Of a DNA stretch of 64,000 nt, positions 7,944-15,182 are shown piece after piece. Positions within the stretch are counted from its first letter, which is position 1; every line of letters begins with the position of its first letter. Made by a program: the position numbers and the translations under genes. Below the pieces are notes generated by a model. That model saw only the letters and a list, made by a program, of their open reading frames with translations, was not told where the DNA came from and did no database searches. The stretch is taken from assembly GCA_938048455.1 (NCBI GenBank), contig CALIUY010000016.1:14796-78795 (forward strand), read 5' to 3'. This DNA is from an uncultured Desulfobacterales bacterium. GTDB taxonomy: Bacteria > Desulfobacterota > Desulfobacteria > Desulfobacterales > SpSt-501.

Positions 7944-8237
7944 TCAGGCGAAAATCCGCCGCAGGGCCTCTTCCAACGGGCCCCATTCGTTTTCGAGCAC
8001 CTCGATGCCGCGGGCCCTGAGCCATTCCCTGTGAAAGCTCCAGATCCCGTTACATACCACTTTGCGCACTCCCCGTTCCACGAGAAACCGACAGACCTCC
8101 CAGGGGTCCTCGGCGTGCAGCTCCTGGAATTTCGGGCTCCGATCGCCCTTCAGCCCCTCGAGGAACAACACCTCGTCGCAAAACCCGAAGCAGGGGGCGA
8201 TCCGCTTGTTCAAGAGGATCACGGCGATCCGATCCAC
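7944..8237 (-). CDS. NifX/NifB-C-terminal-like (dinitrogenase FeMo-cofactor-binding fold) protein
   Basis: DRIAVILLNKRIAPCFGFCDEVLFLEG...VRKVVCNGIWSFHREWLRARGIEVL resembles the NifX-like family. The maximal ORF is 7944..8345. I prefer GTG 8237 (alternative ATG 8276) because a -24/-12 promoter lies at 8293-8307, inside the long ORF. Confidence 0.65.
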   Translation of the reverse strand: MDRIAVILLNKRIAPCFGFCDEVLFLEGLKGDRSPKFQELHAEDPWEVCRFLVERGVRKVVCNGIWSFHREWLRARGIEVLENEWGPLEEALRRIFA

Positions 8238-8292
8238 TTCCACCTCGCCTTGCCGGTTTCCCCGGGAGCGTCCCATCGCGTCCGCAGGGACA

Positions 8293-8307
8293 GCAAAAAC
8301 GATGCCT
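8293..8307 (-). promoter_or_regulatory. Sigma54 (-24/-12) promoter for the NifX-like/SelW-like operon
   Basis: Reverse strand AGGCATCGTTTTTGC: GG and GC with the canonical 10-nt spacing. Confidence 0.6.
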
Positions 8308-8440
8308 GGGTGTTCATCGCTTCTTGGATCTGCCGAGGTTTCCACACCCCAACGTCAGCCCGCCCGGCCTGGGAAGCCTCCCCCCGCGAAGCCCGCTAAG
8401 CCCCTCGGGCAAGATCTTGTCGAAAAAGGATGCCATGCTT

Positions 8441-8461
8441 ATGTTTCACCCGTTGAAACAT
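8441..8461. promoter_or_regulatory. Palindrome ATGTTTCA-N5-TGAAACAT, candidate activator-binding site (UAS)
   Basis: Perfect 8-bp arms. Centred about 150 nt from both divergent -24/-12 promoters (8293-8307 and 8596-8610). Confidence 0.55.
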
Positions 8462-8595
8462 CTCGACCGCTTTTCACCCCTCTCCGGCAGACAAACCGGC
8501 ACGCAGGCGCCCGATCGACGTGTAGTTCGGCCGGCGGCGGGCACGGTGACGCTTTCCCGGGGGGCTGATTCGCTCGCCGAATTGCCGATCCCGCC

Positions 8596-8610
8596 CGGCA
8601 TAAGCTTTGC
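8596..8610 (+). promoter_or_regulatory. Sigma54 (-24/-12) promoter for the radical SAM gene
   Basis: CGGCATAAGCTTTGC with canonical GG-N10-GC spacing, 53 nt before ATG 8663. Confidence 0.6.
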
Positions 8611-8662
8611 TTGACTCCTGTCGCAGGACGCCGCGTGTCCCTAGCGAAAAGGAGGTTCAGGA

Positions 8663-9817
8663 ATGGCGACGCAAACCTCGGCCGACGTCCCACGGACCCC
8701 CTTTTTTGTCCGCAAAGCCCCTGTCCCGACAATCGGAGACACCCCGCTTAGGCGGACGAGCCGATTCCGTCGCGCCTGCCGCAGTTGGCTTTTCCCCTAC
8801 TTGCGGTCGCGTCTGGCGGCCGACGGGTTCCACCCCGTACTGTCCTTTTTCTACACCGACCTCAATTGCAACCTGAATTGCAGCTACTGTTACAGCCGGG
8901 GGAAAAACATCCCCGGGATGAGCTGGGAAACGGCTTGCGCCGCCGTGGAGTGGCTCGAGCGACAGGGCTGCCGGGTGCTCGCCTACATGGGGGGAGAGCC
9001 CCTGGTGCGCAAGTCCTTCATCGTCGAGCTCACACGCCTGGCGGCGGACAAGGGCTTCTTCGTCTATCTGCCGACCAACGGCATCCTCATGGACCGCGAC
9101 TTCATCGACGCGATCGGTGAAGCCGGAATCGCCGCCGTGAACCTCGCCGTCGACGCCATGGACGGCTATGCGGGGATTCCCAAGAACCTGAAACGCATCC
9201 TGCCGCAGTTCGAATACCTCGTCGAGCAGGAAAAACGCTACGGCTACCACACCTTTCTCAACATCAACATCACCGGCAAGAACGTCGAAGACGTGATGGC
9301 GCTGACGGAAACGGCTCATCGCTATGGGATCGCGACCGATTACCACATCAGCGAGCCGCCGCCGATCGAATACGAGGGCTTCGATCCCTCCCGAACCGAT
9401 GTCTGGATCCACGAATCGCAGATCGCCGCCGTCGACGAGCTGATCGACTGGCTGATCGCCAAAAACCGTGCCGGCTACACCATGGTCAACTCGATCGCCC
9501 ACCTGCAGGCGATGAAACGCTTCATCCGCCGCGAACTTCCTCCCTGGCCTTGCCAGGCGGGGCGGATCTCCATGGTCATCCGGCTGGACGGGAGCTTCGC
9601 CCCCTGTTTCGAGTATTACGCGAGCCAGGAGGACTGGGGCGACTTCCTTCGGGGACCGCGATTCGACGGCGAGCGGCTCGCGCGCCTCAAGGCGCGCTGC
9701 AGCCCGGGGTGCCTCTCGACCTGCAACTTCCAGGTCAGTCACTATTCGCAGTCCTGGCTGCGCTCGCTCCAGTGGGTGGCCAAACACGCCTACTCGCAGT
9801 GGTTCGGGGTCTCCTGA
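8663..9817 (+). CDS. Radical SAM protein with Cys-rich (SPASM/twitch-like) C-terminus
   Basis: CNLNCSYC (CxxxCxxC) after an N-terminal basic segment; C-terminal CQAG..APCFEYY..CSPGCLSTC. AAGGAGG lies upstream of the ATG. Confidence 0.85.
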   Translation: MATQTSADVPRTPFFVRKAPVPTIGDTPLRRTSRFRRACRSWLFPYLRSRLAADGFHPVLSFFYTDLNCNLNCSYCYSRGKNIPGMSWETACAAVEWLERQGCRVLAYMGGEPLVRKSFIVELTRLAADKGFFVYLPTNGILMDRDFIDAIGEAGIAAVNLAVDAMDGYAGIPKNLKRILPQFEYLVEQEKRYGYHTFLNINITGKNVEDVMALTETAHRYGIATDYHISEPPPIEYEGFDPSRTDVWIHESQIAAVDELIDWLIAKNRAGYTMVNSIAHLQAMKRFIRRELPPWPCQAGRISMVIRLDGSFAPCFEYYASQEDWGDFLRGPRFDGERLARLKARCSPGCLSTCNFQVSHYSQSWLRSLQWVAKHAYSQWFGVS

Positions 9818-9842
9818 GCGATTCTCTCTCCCGCGCCGCGTT

Positions 9843-10763
9843 TTATGCGCCGTCCGCGGGGGGAGCCGCACAGCTCCCCCCGCGGACGAGAAGTACCGGT
9901 TTGTCGCTGTATTCGGCAACGTTGCGCGAAACCGAACCCCAGAGAATCCCCTTCACCCGTCCCTTGCCGTGGGTGCCCATGAAGACGAGGGTGACGTCTT
10001 CCCCGCGGGCAAGCTGAAGCAGGGCCGCACGCGGATTGCCCACGGCAAGCCGCGTGCGCACGGCAAACCCTTCGGATCGCAAGCGCTGCTCCGTTTCTTC
10101 CAGCCGGCGGCGGTCGATTCGTTCGAATTCCCGGAATTTCTCCTCCGGCTGCAAGGACATGGCCTTTTCCTCCATGACATGGACCACCACGATCTCCCCG
10201 ATCCCGGAGCCCTTCAAGCGGCAAAGCGCCTCCAGGGCCGCGCGCGAGCACTCCGACCAATCGACGGGAAACAGGACGCGGCGGAAGGGATCCCGACAGG
10301 CGGCGCCCTCCGGGGATACCCGGCCGCCGTAAACTTCGGGGCACTTGGGGATGTAGACGGGAAAGCTGCCGTAGCGGACGAGGCGGTCGGTGGTCGAGCC
10401 GAAGAGAATTTCATCGAACCCGCTGCGGCGCTCGCGCCCGCTGACGATCAGGGAAACGTTCTCTTCATCGGCCACCTGGAGAATCCGGCGCCAGGGAACT
10501 CCGATCTCGATCCGGACCTTCGCCCGCAGTCCCTGCGCCTCGGCGATGCGGACCGCCTCATCCATCCGCGAGGAGAGCTCCGCCGCCAGGGAATCGAGCA
10601 TCTGCCGGGCGTGTCGCCCCTTCACGGGAAAATGCTCATCGGCTTGGATCACATGCACCAAAACGATCTCTTCGGTTCCGACACGCCGCAGGTTGGTGAC
10701 ACAGCCGAAGACCTCCCGGTAATAGGCCTCCAGGGCCGTGGCATAGAGAATCCTGCGGAACAT
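9843..10763 (-). CDS. Tandem universal stress protein (UspA-domain x2)
   Basis: Two Usp-like repeats (ILYATAL..LVHV and VLFPVDWSE..VVHV..GTHGKGRVKGILWGSVS). AAGGAGGGG lies upstream of ATG 10763. Confidence 0.85.
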   Translation of the reverse strand: MFRRILYATALEAYYREVFGCVTNLRRVGTEEIVLVHVIQADEHFPVKGRHARQMLDSLAAELSSRMDEAVRIAEAQGLRAKVRIEIGVPWRRILQVADEENVSLIVSGRERRSGFDEILFGSTTDRLVRYGSFPVYIPKCPEVYGGRVSPEGAACRDPFRRVLFPVDWSECSRAALEALCRLKGSGIGEIVVVHVMEEKAMSLQPEEKFREFERIDRRRLEETEQRLRSEGFAVRTRLAVGNPRAALLQLARGEDVTLVFMGTHGKGRVKGILWGSVSRNVAEYSDKPVLLVRGGSCAAPPADGA

Positions 10764-10809
10764 ATCCCCTCCTTCTTGTCAGCGCAAGGCCGCCTGTGAC
10801 TCGCCAGGA

Positions 10810-10824
10810 GCAACTCCGGTGCCA
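10810..10824 (-). promoter_or_regulatory. Sigma54 (-24/-12) promoter for the usp gene
   Basis: Reverse strand TGGCACCGGAGTTGC (consensus TGGCAC-N5-TTGC), 47 nt before ATG 10763. Confidence 0.7.
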
Positions 10825-10921
10825 GCCGCGCAGCTCTTCCCGGCCTGCGCTCCGAAATGCGGCCGGGCGCCGCCGAAAAGGCTAGGAGCCTCAAAAAGCT
10901 CGCCGAGCGTTTCGGCTGCGG

Positions 10922-10940
10922 ATGTTTCAAGCCCTGAAAC
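10922..10940. promoter_or_regulatory. Palindrome ATGTTTCA-N5-TGAAAC, second copy of the candidate UAS
   Basis: Same half-sites and spacing as 8441-8461. Lies between the divergent -24/-12 promoters at 10810 and 11087. A further TGTTTCC...TGAAACA pair follows at 10941-10972. Confidence 0.55.
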
Positions 10941-11086
10941 TGTTTCCGCGGTCAGCACCCCCTGATGAAACAAGGTCGTGCTTTCCCCCTTTCCCAGGGG
11001 AGAGCCCGAACCGATCGCCTCGCCGGAGTCCGCGGCGCACGCCCCGCGACTCGAACCCGAGTCCAGATCCCTTTCGGGAAAAACTC

Positions 11087-11101
11087 TGGCACAGGTGTTG
11101 C
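11087..11101 (+). promoter_or_regulatory. Sigma54 (-24/-12) promoter for the TauE-family gene
   Basis: TGGCACAGGTGTTGC, 48 nt before ATG 11149. Confidence 0.75.
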
Positions 11102-11148
11102 TCTCTTCGGCAATGATCGTGCTTTTTCGAGCCAAAGGAGGAAGACCC

Positions 11149-12060
11149 ATGAACAGCAGCCGAGATTCCACGTGGCGCAACTACCTCCCTTCGGGCATAC
11201 TGCTGGCGATCCTGATCGTCCTTACCGCCTGGTCCTTTGCCATCGGCATCGCCGCACGCGGAGGTCCTCCGGTCGATGCCGGCCGAGGGCTCGCTCTGGT
11301 CATCATCGGATTGGCCGCGGGCTTCTTGGGGGGCATCATCGGCACCGGCGGCTGCAGCGTGATGCTTCCCGCCATTCATTTCTGGATGGGCTATTCCACG
11401 CCGGTCGCCGTCGGCACGACCCTCTTTGCGGTCATTTTCACGGCGATCTCCGGCGGCTACGGGCACCTCGTCCGACGCAATCTGGACGTGAGCGCCACCC
11501 TTTGGCTGGGCGGAGCGGGGATCGTGGGCGTGTTGATCGGCTCCTGGCTTTTCACCCTGCTCAGCCGCCAGATCGCTCTTTTGGGATTGATCCTCGGACT
11601 GGCTTTTCTCTGGCCGGCTGGCCGCATGATCTGGGAAGGACTCCGCAAGGGGACGCATCCCGCTGCGGAAGGAAACCGCATCCCGCGCCACACCGGCGGC
11701 TGGATCGCGTTCGGATTCCTGATCGGCATTTTCACCGGCATCGTCGGGCTGGGAGGCGGCTACGCCCTGGTACCGGGGCTGATCTATCTTTTCGGCGCTC
11801 CGGTCTATGTCACCATGGGGACTTCGCTCGCCACGATGATCCCGCTGGCCGTTGTGGGCGGCGGGATCAAGCTGATCCAGGGCTACGTCGCCATTGGAGC
11901 CGGGCTGCTTCTGGCCGCGGGGACGGTCGTCGGCGCCCAGATCGGGGCGGCGGTGATCAAGAAGTTCAAGCCGGCGACCCTGAAGCTGATCTTCGGCGTT
12001 TACTTTCTCTACGTCGCCGTGAAGTTCGTGCTGGCCTATTTCGGCATTCAGATCTTCTGA
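11149..12060 (+). CDS. TauE/SafE (DUF81) family anion exporter
   Basis: ORF 10978..12060 trimmed to ATG 11149 (AAAGGAGG upstream). Duplicated G-rich TM motifs (GFLGGIIGTGG and GIVGLGGG). Confidence 0.85.
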   Translation: MNSSRDSTWRNYLPSGILLAILIVLTAWSFAIGIAARGGPPVDAGRGLALVIIGLAAGFLGGIIGTGGCSVMLPAIHFWMGYSTPVAVGTTLFAVIFTAISGGYGHLVRRNLDVSATLWLGGAGIVGVLIGSWLFTLLSRQIALLGLILGLAFLWPAGRMIWEGLRKGTHPAAEGNRIPRHTGGWIAFGFLIGIFTGIVGLGGGYALVPGLIYLFGAPVYVTMGTSLATMIPLAVVGGGIKLIQGYVAIGAGLLLAAGTVVGAQIGAAVIKKFKPATLKLIFGVYFLYVAVKFVLAYFGIQIF

Positions 12061-12128
12061 GGATTCTCCCGCTCCTTGGCTCAGGGACGACCCGCAGGAC
12101 GCCAGGGAATGCAGCCGCGGGCGCGAAT

Positions 12129-12374
12129 TCAATTTTTCGAAAAGAACAGGCGCCGGATCAACAGAAAACACAGACCGATGACCACCACCCAGAAAAGAAG
12201 GTTCAGCAGCGGATGGGGGAAATAGGGGAACCCGAAAAAATTCGGCGGGCAAGACCAGGAGTTCCAGGGCGGAAACCCCCGGCCCCACGGTCCCGCAAGG
12301 GCCGTCGAGGCGCGTGAAAGACCGAAAAACGAGGTCATCCAAAAACCGGATCGGCTAAAGCGGAAAGGCTTCAT
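12129..12374 (-). CDS. Hypothetical small membrane protein
   Basis: 81-aa ORF with a Gly/Pro/aromatic N-terminal part (GPWGRGFPPWNSW) and one C-terminal TM helix. Lies downstream of the TPR gene on the same strand. No family recognised. Confidence 0.3.
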   Translation of the reverse strand: MKPFRFSRSGFWMTSFFGLSRASTALAGPWGRGFPPWNSWSCPPNFFGFPYFPHPLLNLLFWVVVIGLCFLLIRRLFFSKN

Positions 12375-12439
12375 TTTCGCAAGACCTTTCGCCGGGAAGG
12401 AAGGCCGCTTGGCTGCCGCGGCTTATCCTGGAGTGACAC

Positions 12440-13072
12440 TCAGTCCCGTTCCGCCGCATCGCTCCCGTCAATCCGCCGTAAGGATCCCACGACGGCCGGG
12501 GGGACGTCCTGCCCCGAGCGAGCGCCGTCGGGCGCGGTCGCGTTGAAGCGGCGGGTCTGTCTCCAGGCCCGAATGGCCGCGTCGAGGTCCTGAAACGCAT
12601 CCAGCAGGATCAGGCCTTTGTAGAGATGGGCGTCCTCATGTTGCGGATGGAGGGCGATGGCCCGGTCCAAAGCCTCCAGCGCCTTCTCGGGCTTGCCGTC
12701 CTTCAGGTAGTGGATCCCCAGTTCCGTCCAGATTTCGGAGCGACGGGGGTCCAGCGCCAGGAAATTCTCGTAGGCTTCCGCAGCCTCCGCGGTCAGGCCG
12801 GATTCGCTGTAGGCACGGGCAAGCGCAAGCCAGGCGCCGGAATGGCCCGGATTTCTGGCCACGGCACGTTCGAGAAGCAGAATCTGCGGAACCGGAAAAG
12901 ATCGAACCATCGCGAAAAGCCGGCTTTCGCCGAAAATCCATTGATCGAGCACCCACGCCGATCCCAGGCTTCCGAAAAAGGCCGCGGCGCCCAAGAGGGC
13001 GAGGATCTTGCGCGAGGCCGTTTTTCCCCTGCGCTCAATCGCGACGGAAGCCCCGTGTCTTGCCGAGATCAT
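12440..13072 (-). CDS. Membrane-anchored TPR-repeat protein
   Basis: N-terminal TM segment followed by TPR-like repeats (AWLALARAYSESGLTAEAAEAYENFLALDP, IWTELGIHYLKDGKPEKALEALDRAIALHP). Confidence 0.7.
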   Translation of the reverse strand: MISARHGASVAIERRGKTASRKILALLGAAAFFGSLGSAWVLDQWIFGESRLFAMVRSFPVPQILLLERAVARNPGHSGAWLALARAYSESGLTAEAAEAYENFLALDPRRSEIWTELGIHYLKDGKPEKALEALDRAIALHPQHEDAHLYKGLILLDAFQDLDAAIRAWRQTRRFNATAPDGARSGQDVPPAVVGSLRRIDGSDAAERD

Positions 13073-13175
13073 GACCCTCGTTCTCCTTTTCTTCAGGGTG
13101 CCGGAGACCGGTTGCCGGCAGACGACGCGGAGCCTTGCTTTCGGTTTCGACCGGAGGTTGAAAGGTTGATGGGTT

Positions 13176-13206
13176 GGGGGGAGAGAGCCGAAGGCTCGAT
13201 CCCCCC
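13176..13206 (-). other. Stable intercistronic hairpin with UUCG tetraloop
   Basis: RNA GGGGGGA-UC-GAGCC-UUCG-GGCUC-UC-UCCCCCC between the ZraP-like paralogue 1 stop and the TPR gene. No U-tract follows. Confidence 0.5.
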
Positions 13207-13216
13207 GCGCCGCCGA

Positions 13217-13588
13217 CTACTTTTTCTCCTGATCCGCGAGCACCTTGAGCATCTCCGCCCTCAGGTTGCTCGACTCCTGCTGGAGCTCATCGATCAGATC
13301 AAAGATCTCCTTCTGCAACGCCGCCACTTTGGCCTGATCCGGGTTCGGGGTGAGCATCAAGGTTCTCAGCTCCATCTTCTTGCTGAAGAGCTGTTGCTGA
13401 AGGGGAACGGTTTTTTCCTGGTGTGCCTGCTGGAGCGCCAGAATCCGGGTGGACTGCTCCGGGGTGAGGTTCTGAACCATCGGCCCCATGCCGTAGAACC
13501 TGCCGCCCCAGGGCCCTGCGAAAGCTGCGGAAGCCACCAGTGTCAACGCCAGGGTGAGACTCAGTGCGGTCAAGGCTTTCTTTTTCAT
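13217..13588 (-). CDS. ZraP/CpxP/Spy-family periplasmic protein (paralogue 1)
   Basis: Trimmed to ATG 13588 (GGGAGG upstream). Signal peptide MKKKALTALSLTLALTLVASAAFA, Gly-rich GPWGGRFYGMGP, LTPEQ (LTxxQ) motif. Confidence 0.8.
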   Translation of the reverse strand: MKKKALTALSLTLALTLVASAAFAGPWGGRFYGMGPMVQNLTPEQSTRILALQQAHQEKTVPLQQQLFSKKMELRTLMLTPNPDQAKVAALQKEIFDLIDELQQESSNLRAEMLKVLADQEKK

Positions 13589-13634
13589 TTTTTCCTCCCT
13601 TTCCTGAATCGTGGGATTCCACGTCCTTATTTGT

Positions 13635-14093
13635 CTACCATCGGCCATACATGCGGCCGCCCTTGCCGAATCCGCCGCCGTAGCCCAAGCCGGGCATCAG
13701 GGCGAGCTGCTCCGGAGTCAGCAGTTTCCGGACCGCCAGCTGATGCTGCGTAGCCTTCTCGCGCAGCTTCGCCTCGAGCTCCAGGACCTCACGCTGCTTG
13801 GCATTGATCTTGCCCGCATCCGGATTGGGCTGGGACCACAGAAGCCGCATTTCCGTCCGTTTGCTGAAGAGCTGGCTCTGCAGCGGAGCGATTTCCTCAT
13901 AGTAAGATCGCCTCAGGTCCTGGATTTTCTGCGCCTGCTCGGGGGTGAGGTTGGGGGCCCCGGCATAAGGCACGCCATAGCCCGGGCCCATGCCGCCGCG
14001 CCCCCATCCGCCCATTCCGCCCGGGCCGGCGACAGCCCACGAAGCGACCAGAACCAGCGCCGCTGCGATAATAAGCGTGTGTGTTCTTTTCAT
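13635..14093 (-). CDS. ZraP/CpxP/Spy-family periplasmic protein (paralogue 2)
   Basis: Trimmed to ATG 14093 (AAGGAGG upstream). Signal peptide, Gly-rich N-terminus, two LTPEQ motifs, Gly-rich C-terminus ending GRMYGRW, similar in style to the E. coli ZraP tail as I recall it. Confidence 0.8.
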   Translation of the reverse strand: MKRTHTLIIAAALVLVASWAVAGPGGMGGWGRGGMGPGYGVPYAGAPNLTPEQAQKIQDLRRSYYEEIAPLQSQLFSKRTEMRLLWSQPNPDAGKINAKQREVLELEAKLREKATQHQLAVRKLLTPEQLALMPGLGYGGGFGKGGRMYGRW

Positions 14094-14134
14094 TGCGATC
14101 ATCCTCCTTTCGCTGGGGTTCTGCCGCTCTTCTT

Positions 14135-14150
14135 TGCAGGTCACATGCCA
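14135..14150 (-). promoter_or_regulatory. Sigma54 (-24/-12) promoter for ZraP-like paralogues 2 and 1
   Basis: Reverse strand TGGCATGTGACCTGCA, about 40 nt before ATG 14093. Confidence 0.75.
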
Positions 14151-14300
14151 GAAGCGCTACAAAAGAAAGGATGATCTATAACGCATTGAAATATATTGTA
14201 TAATTATCTACTGCGGGAGTTGGCGGCGGGATCGGGATGGCGGAAAAAAATGTCGAGGATTTTAGCGCGGCTGAAGCCACGGTCGATCGATAAGTCTATT

Positions 14301-14311
14301 GTTTCAAGACA
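14301..14311. repeat. 11-mer GTTTCAAGACA (copy 1)
   Basis: Identical AT-rich 11-mer also at 15025-15035. This copy lies about 150 nt upstream of the 14135-14150 promoter. Confidence 0.5.
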
Positions 14312-14406
14312 TTATTTATTTCCTGGGGCTCGACAGAAAAAGAAGCGCGCGGGACTTGTGAACGTCGAATGACGAAAGAGAAGAGGAAAAGCGAAGCCGT
14401 TATCAG

Positions 14407-14425
14407 AACCCAGTACTTTTGGGTT
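14407..14425 (-). terminator. Weak hairpin after ZraP-like paralogue 3
   Basis: RNA AACCCA-AAAGUAC-UGGGUU followed by a pyrimidine/U-rich stretch. The stem is short, so this is tentative. Confidence 0.3.
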
Positions 14426-14436
14426 GCCGGAGGAAA

Positions 14437-14934
14437 CTACCACCTGCCGCCGTGCATACGGCCCCTGCGGCCGGCCCCCAGGCCGTATTCCGATCCCGAG
14501 CCCATGCCATAGCCCCCCTGCGATAGGCGCTCGCGCTGCTCGGGGGTCAGCAGGGATTGGATTTCGAACCGCTGCCGAGTCGTCATTTCCCGCAGACGAA
14601 GGTCCAGCTCGGCCAGTTCGCGCTGCTTGGCGAGGATTTTCTCCTGATCCGGATTGGGATGCGCCCAGAGAGCGCGCAGTTCGGACCGCTTGGCGAGCCG
14701 CTGGTTTTGCAGCGGGGCCGCTTCAGCCCGGTGTTTTCGGCGAAGCTCTTCGATCTTTCGCATCTGCTCGGGGCTCAGGTCCGGGATTTCGGCATAACGC
14801 CCGCCGTAGCCGGAGCCCGCGCCCGGCCCGCGTCCCATGCCGCCTCCGCCCCAGATCCCTTCGGGCTCTGCGAGGGCGATAGAGGTGGTGATCGCCAGCA
14901 CCCCCAACACGATCGCTGTTTGTTTGTGCCGCAT
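14437..14934 (-). CDS. ZraP/CpxP/Spy-family periplasmic protein (paralogue 3)
   Basis: Signal peptide, Gly-rich N-terminus, LSPEQ and LTPEQ motifs, Gly-rich tail ending GRMHGGRW. Confidence 0.8.
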   Translation of the reverse strand: MRHKQTAIVLGVLAITTSIALAEPEGIWGGGGMGRGPGAGSGYGGRYAEIPDLSPEQMRKIEELRRKHRAEAAPLQNQRLAKRSELRALWAHPNPDQEKILAKQRELAELDLRLREMTTRQRFEIQSLLTPEQRERLSQGGYGMGSGSEYGLGAGRRGRMHGGRW

Positions 14935-14979
14935 GGAAAGAATCCTCCGTTCTCGATACCAGGGGTCAAGGCATGGCGG

Positions 14980-14995
14980 GCGGCCCGCGTGCCGG
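14980..14995 (-). promoter_or_regulatory. Possible sigma54 promoter for ZraP-like paralogue 3 (weak -12)
   Basis: Reverse strand CCGGCACGCGGGCCGC. The GG-N10-GC spacing is correct, but the -12 reads CCGC instead of TTGC. Confidence 0.3.
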
Positions 14996-15024
14996 AAATT
15001 ACGACCTGCTGAGCGGTTGGGAAG

Positions 15025-15035
15025 GTTTCAAGACA
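15025..15035. repeat. 11-mer GTTTCAAGACA (copy 2)
   Basis: Lies in the divergent region between ZraP-like paralogue 3 and the kinase gene. Confidence 0.5.
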
Positions 15036-15182
15036 GACAAGATAGATTAGATCGACAAAAAACAGCAAGTTCAAAAAGCGCCGGATTTTCCGCCCGCGGC
15101 GATTTTGCCGATCCGAGAAAACCCGGCACGCCTTCTTGCCCGCAATCGGGAAAGAGAGTAGGTTGAACTCAGGGAGTCATCC

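Noticed and set aside
8324-8614. 96-aa ORF, and a 59-aa sub-ORF starting at ATG 8434, in the divergent intergenic region, considered as a possible radical SAM substrate peptide.
   Set aside because: Mixed codon usage, no Cys-rich or repetitive core, and no convincing RBS. The stretch is better explained by two promoters and a UAS palindrome.
11047-11065. tRNA-like T-arm signature (GACTCGAACCCGAGTC).
   Set aside because: It forms only a 5-bp stem with a 6-nt loop. There is no matching acceptor, D or anticodon arm in the flanks. It lies in the promoter region between usp and the TauE gene.
13217-14934. Repetitive look of the region, considered as a CRISPR or tandem-repeat array.
   Set aside because: The repetition comes from three paralogous ZraP-like coding sequences with divergent spacers of unequal length. 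There are no short identical direct repeats.
8497-15131. The 9-mer CCGGCACGC recurs (8497-8505, 14987-14995 on the reverse strand, 15123-15131) and was considered as a regulatory motif.
   Set aside because: A rough base-composition estimate predicts a few chance occurrences of a GC-rich 9-mer in 2 x 64 kb. Only one copy has proper -24/-12 geometry.
15123-15138. CCGGCACGCCTTCTTGCC upstream of the histidine kinase, as a sigma54 promoter.
   Set aside because: The GG to GC spacing is 11 nt instead of the invariant 10. Reported only as a rejected candidate. The kinase operon promoter remains unidentified.
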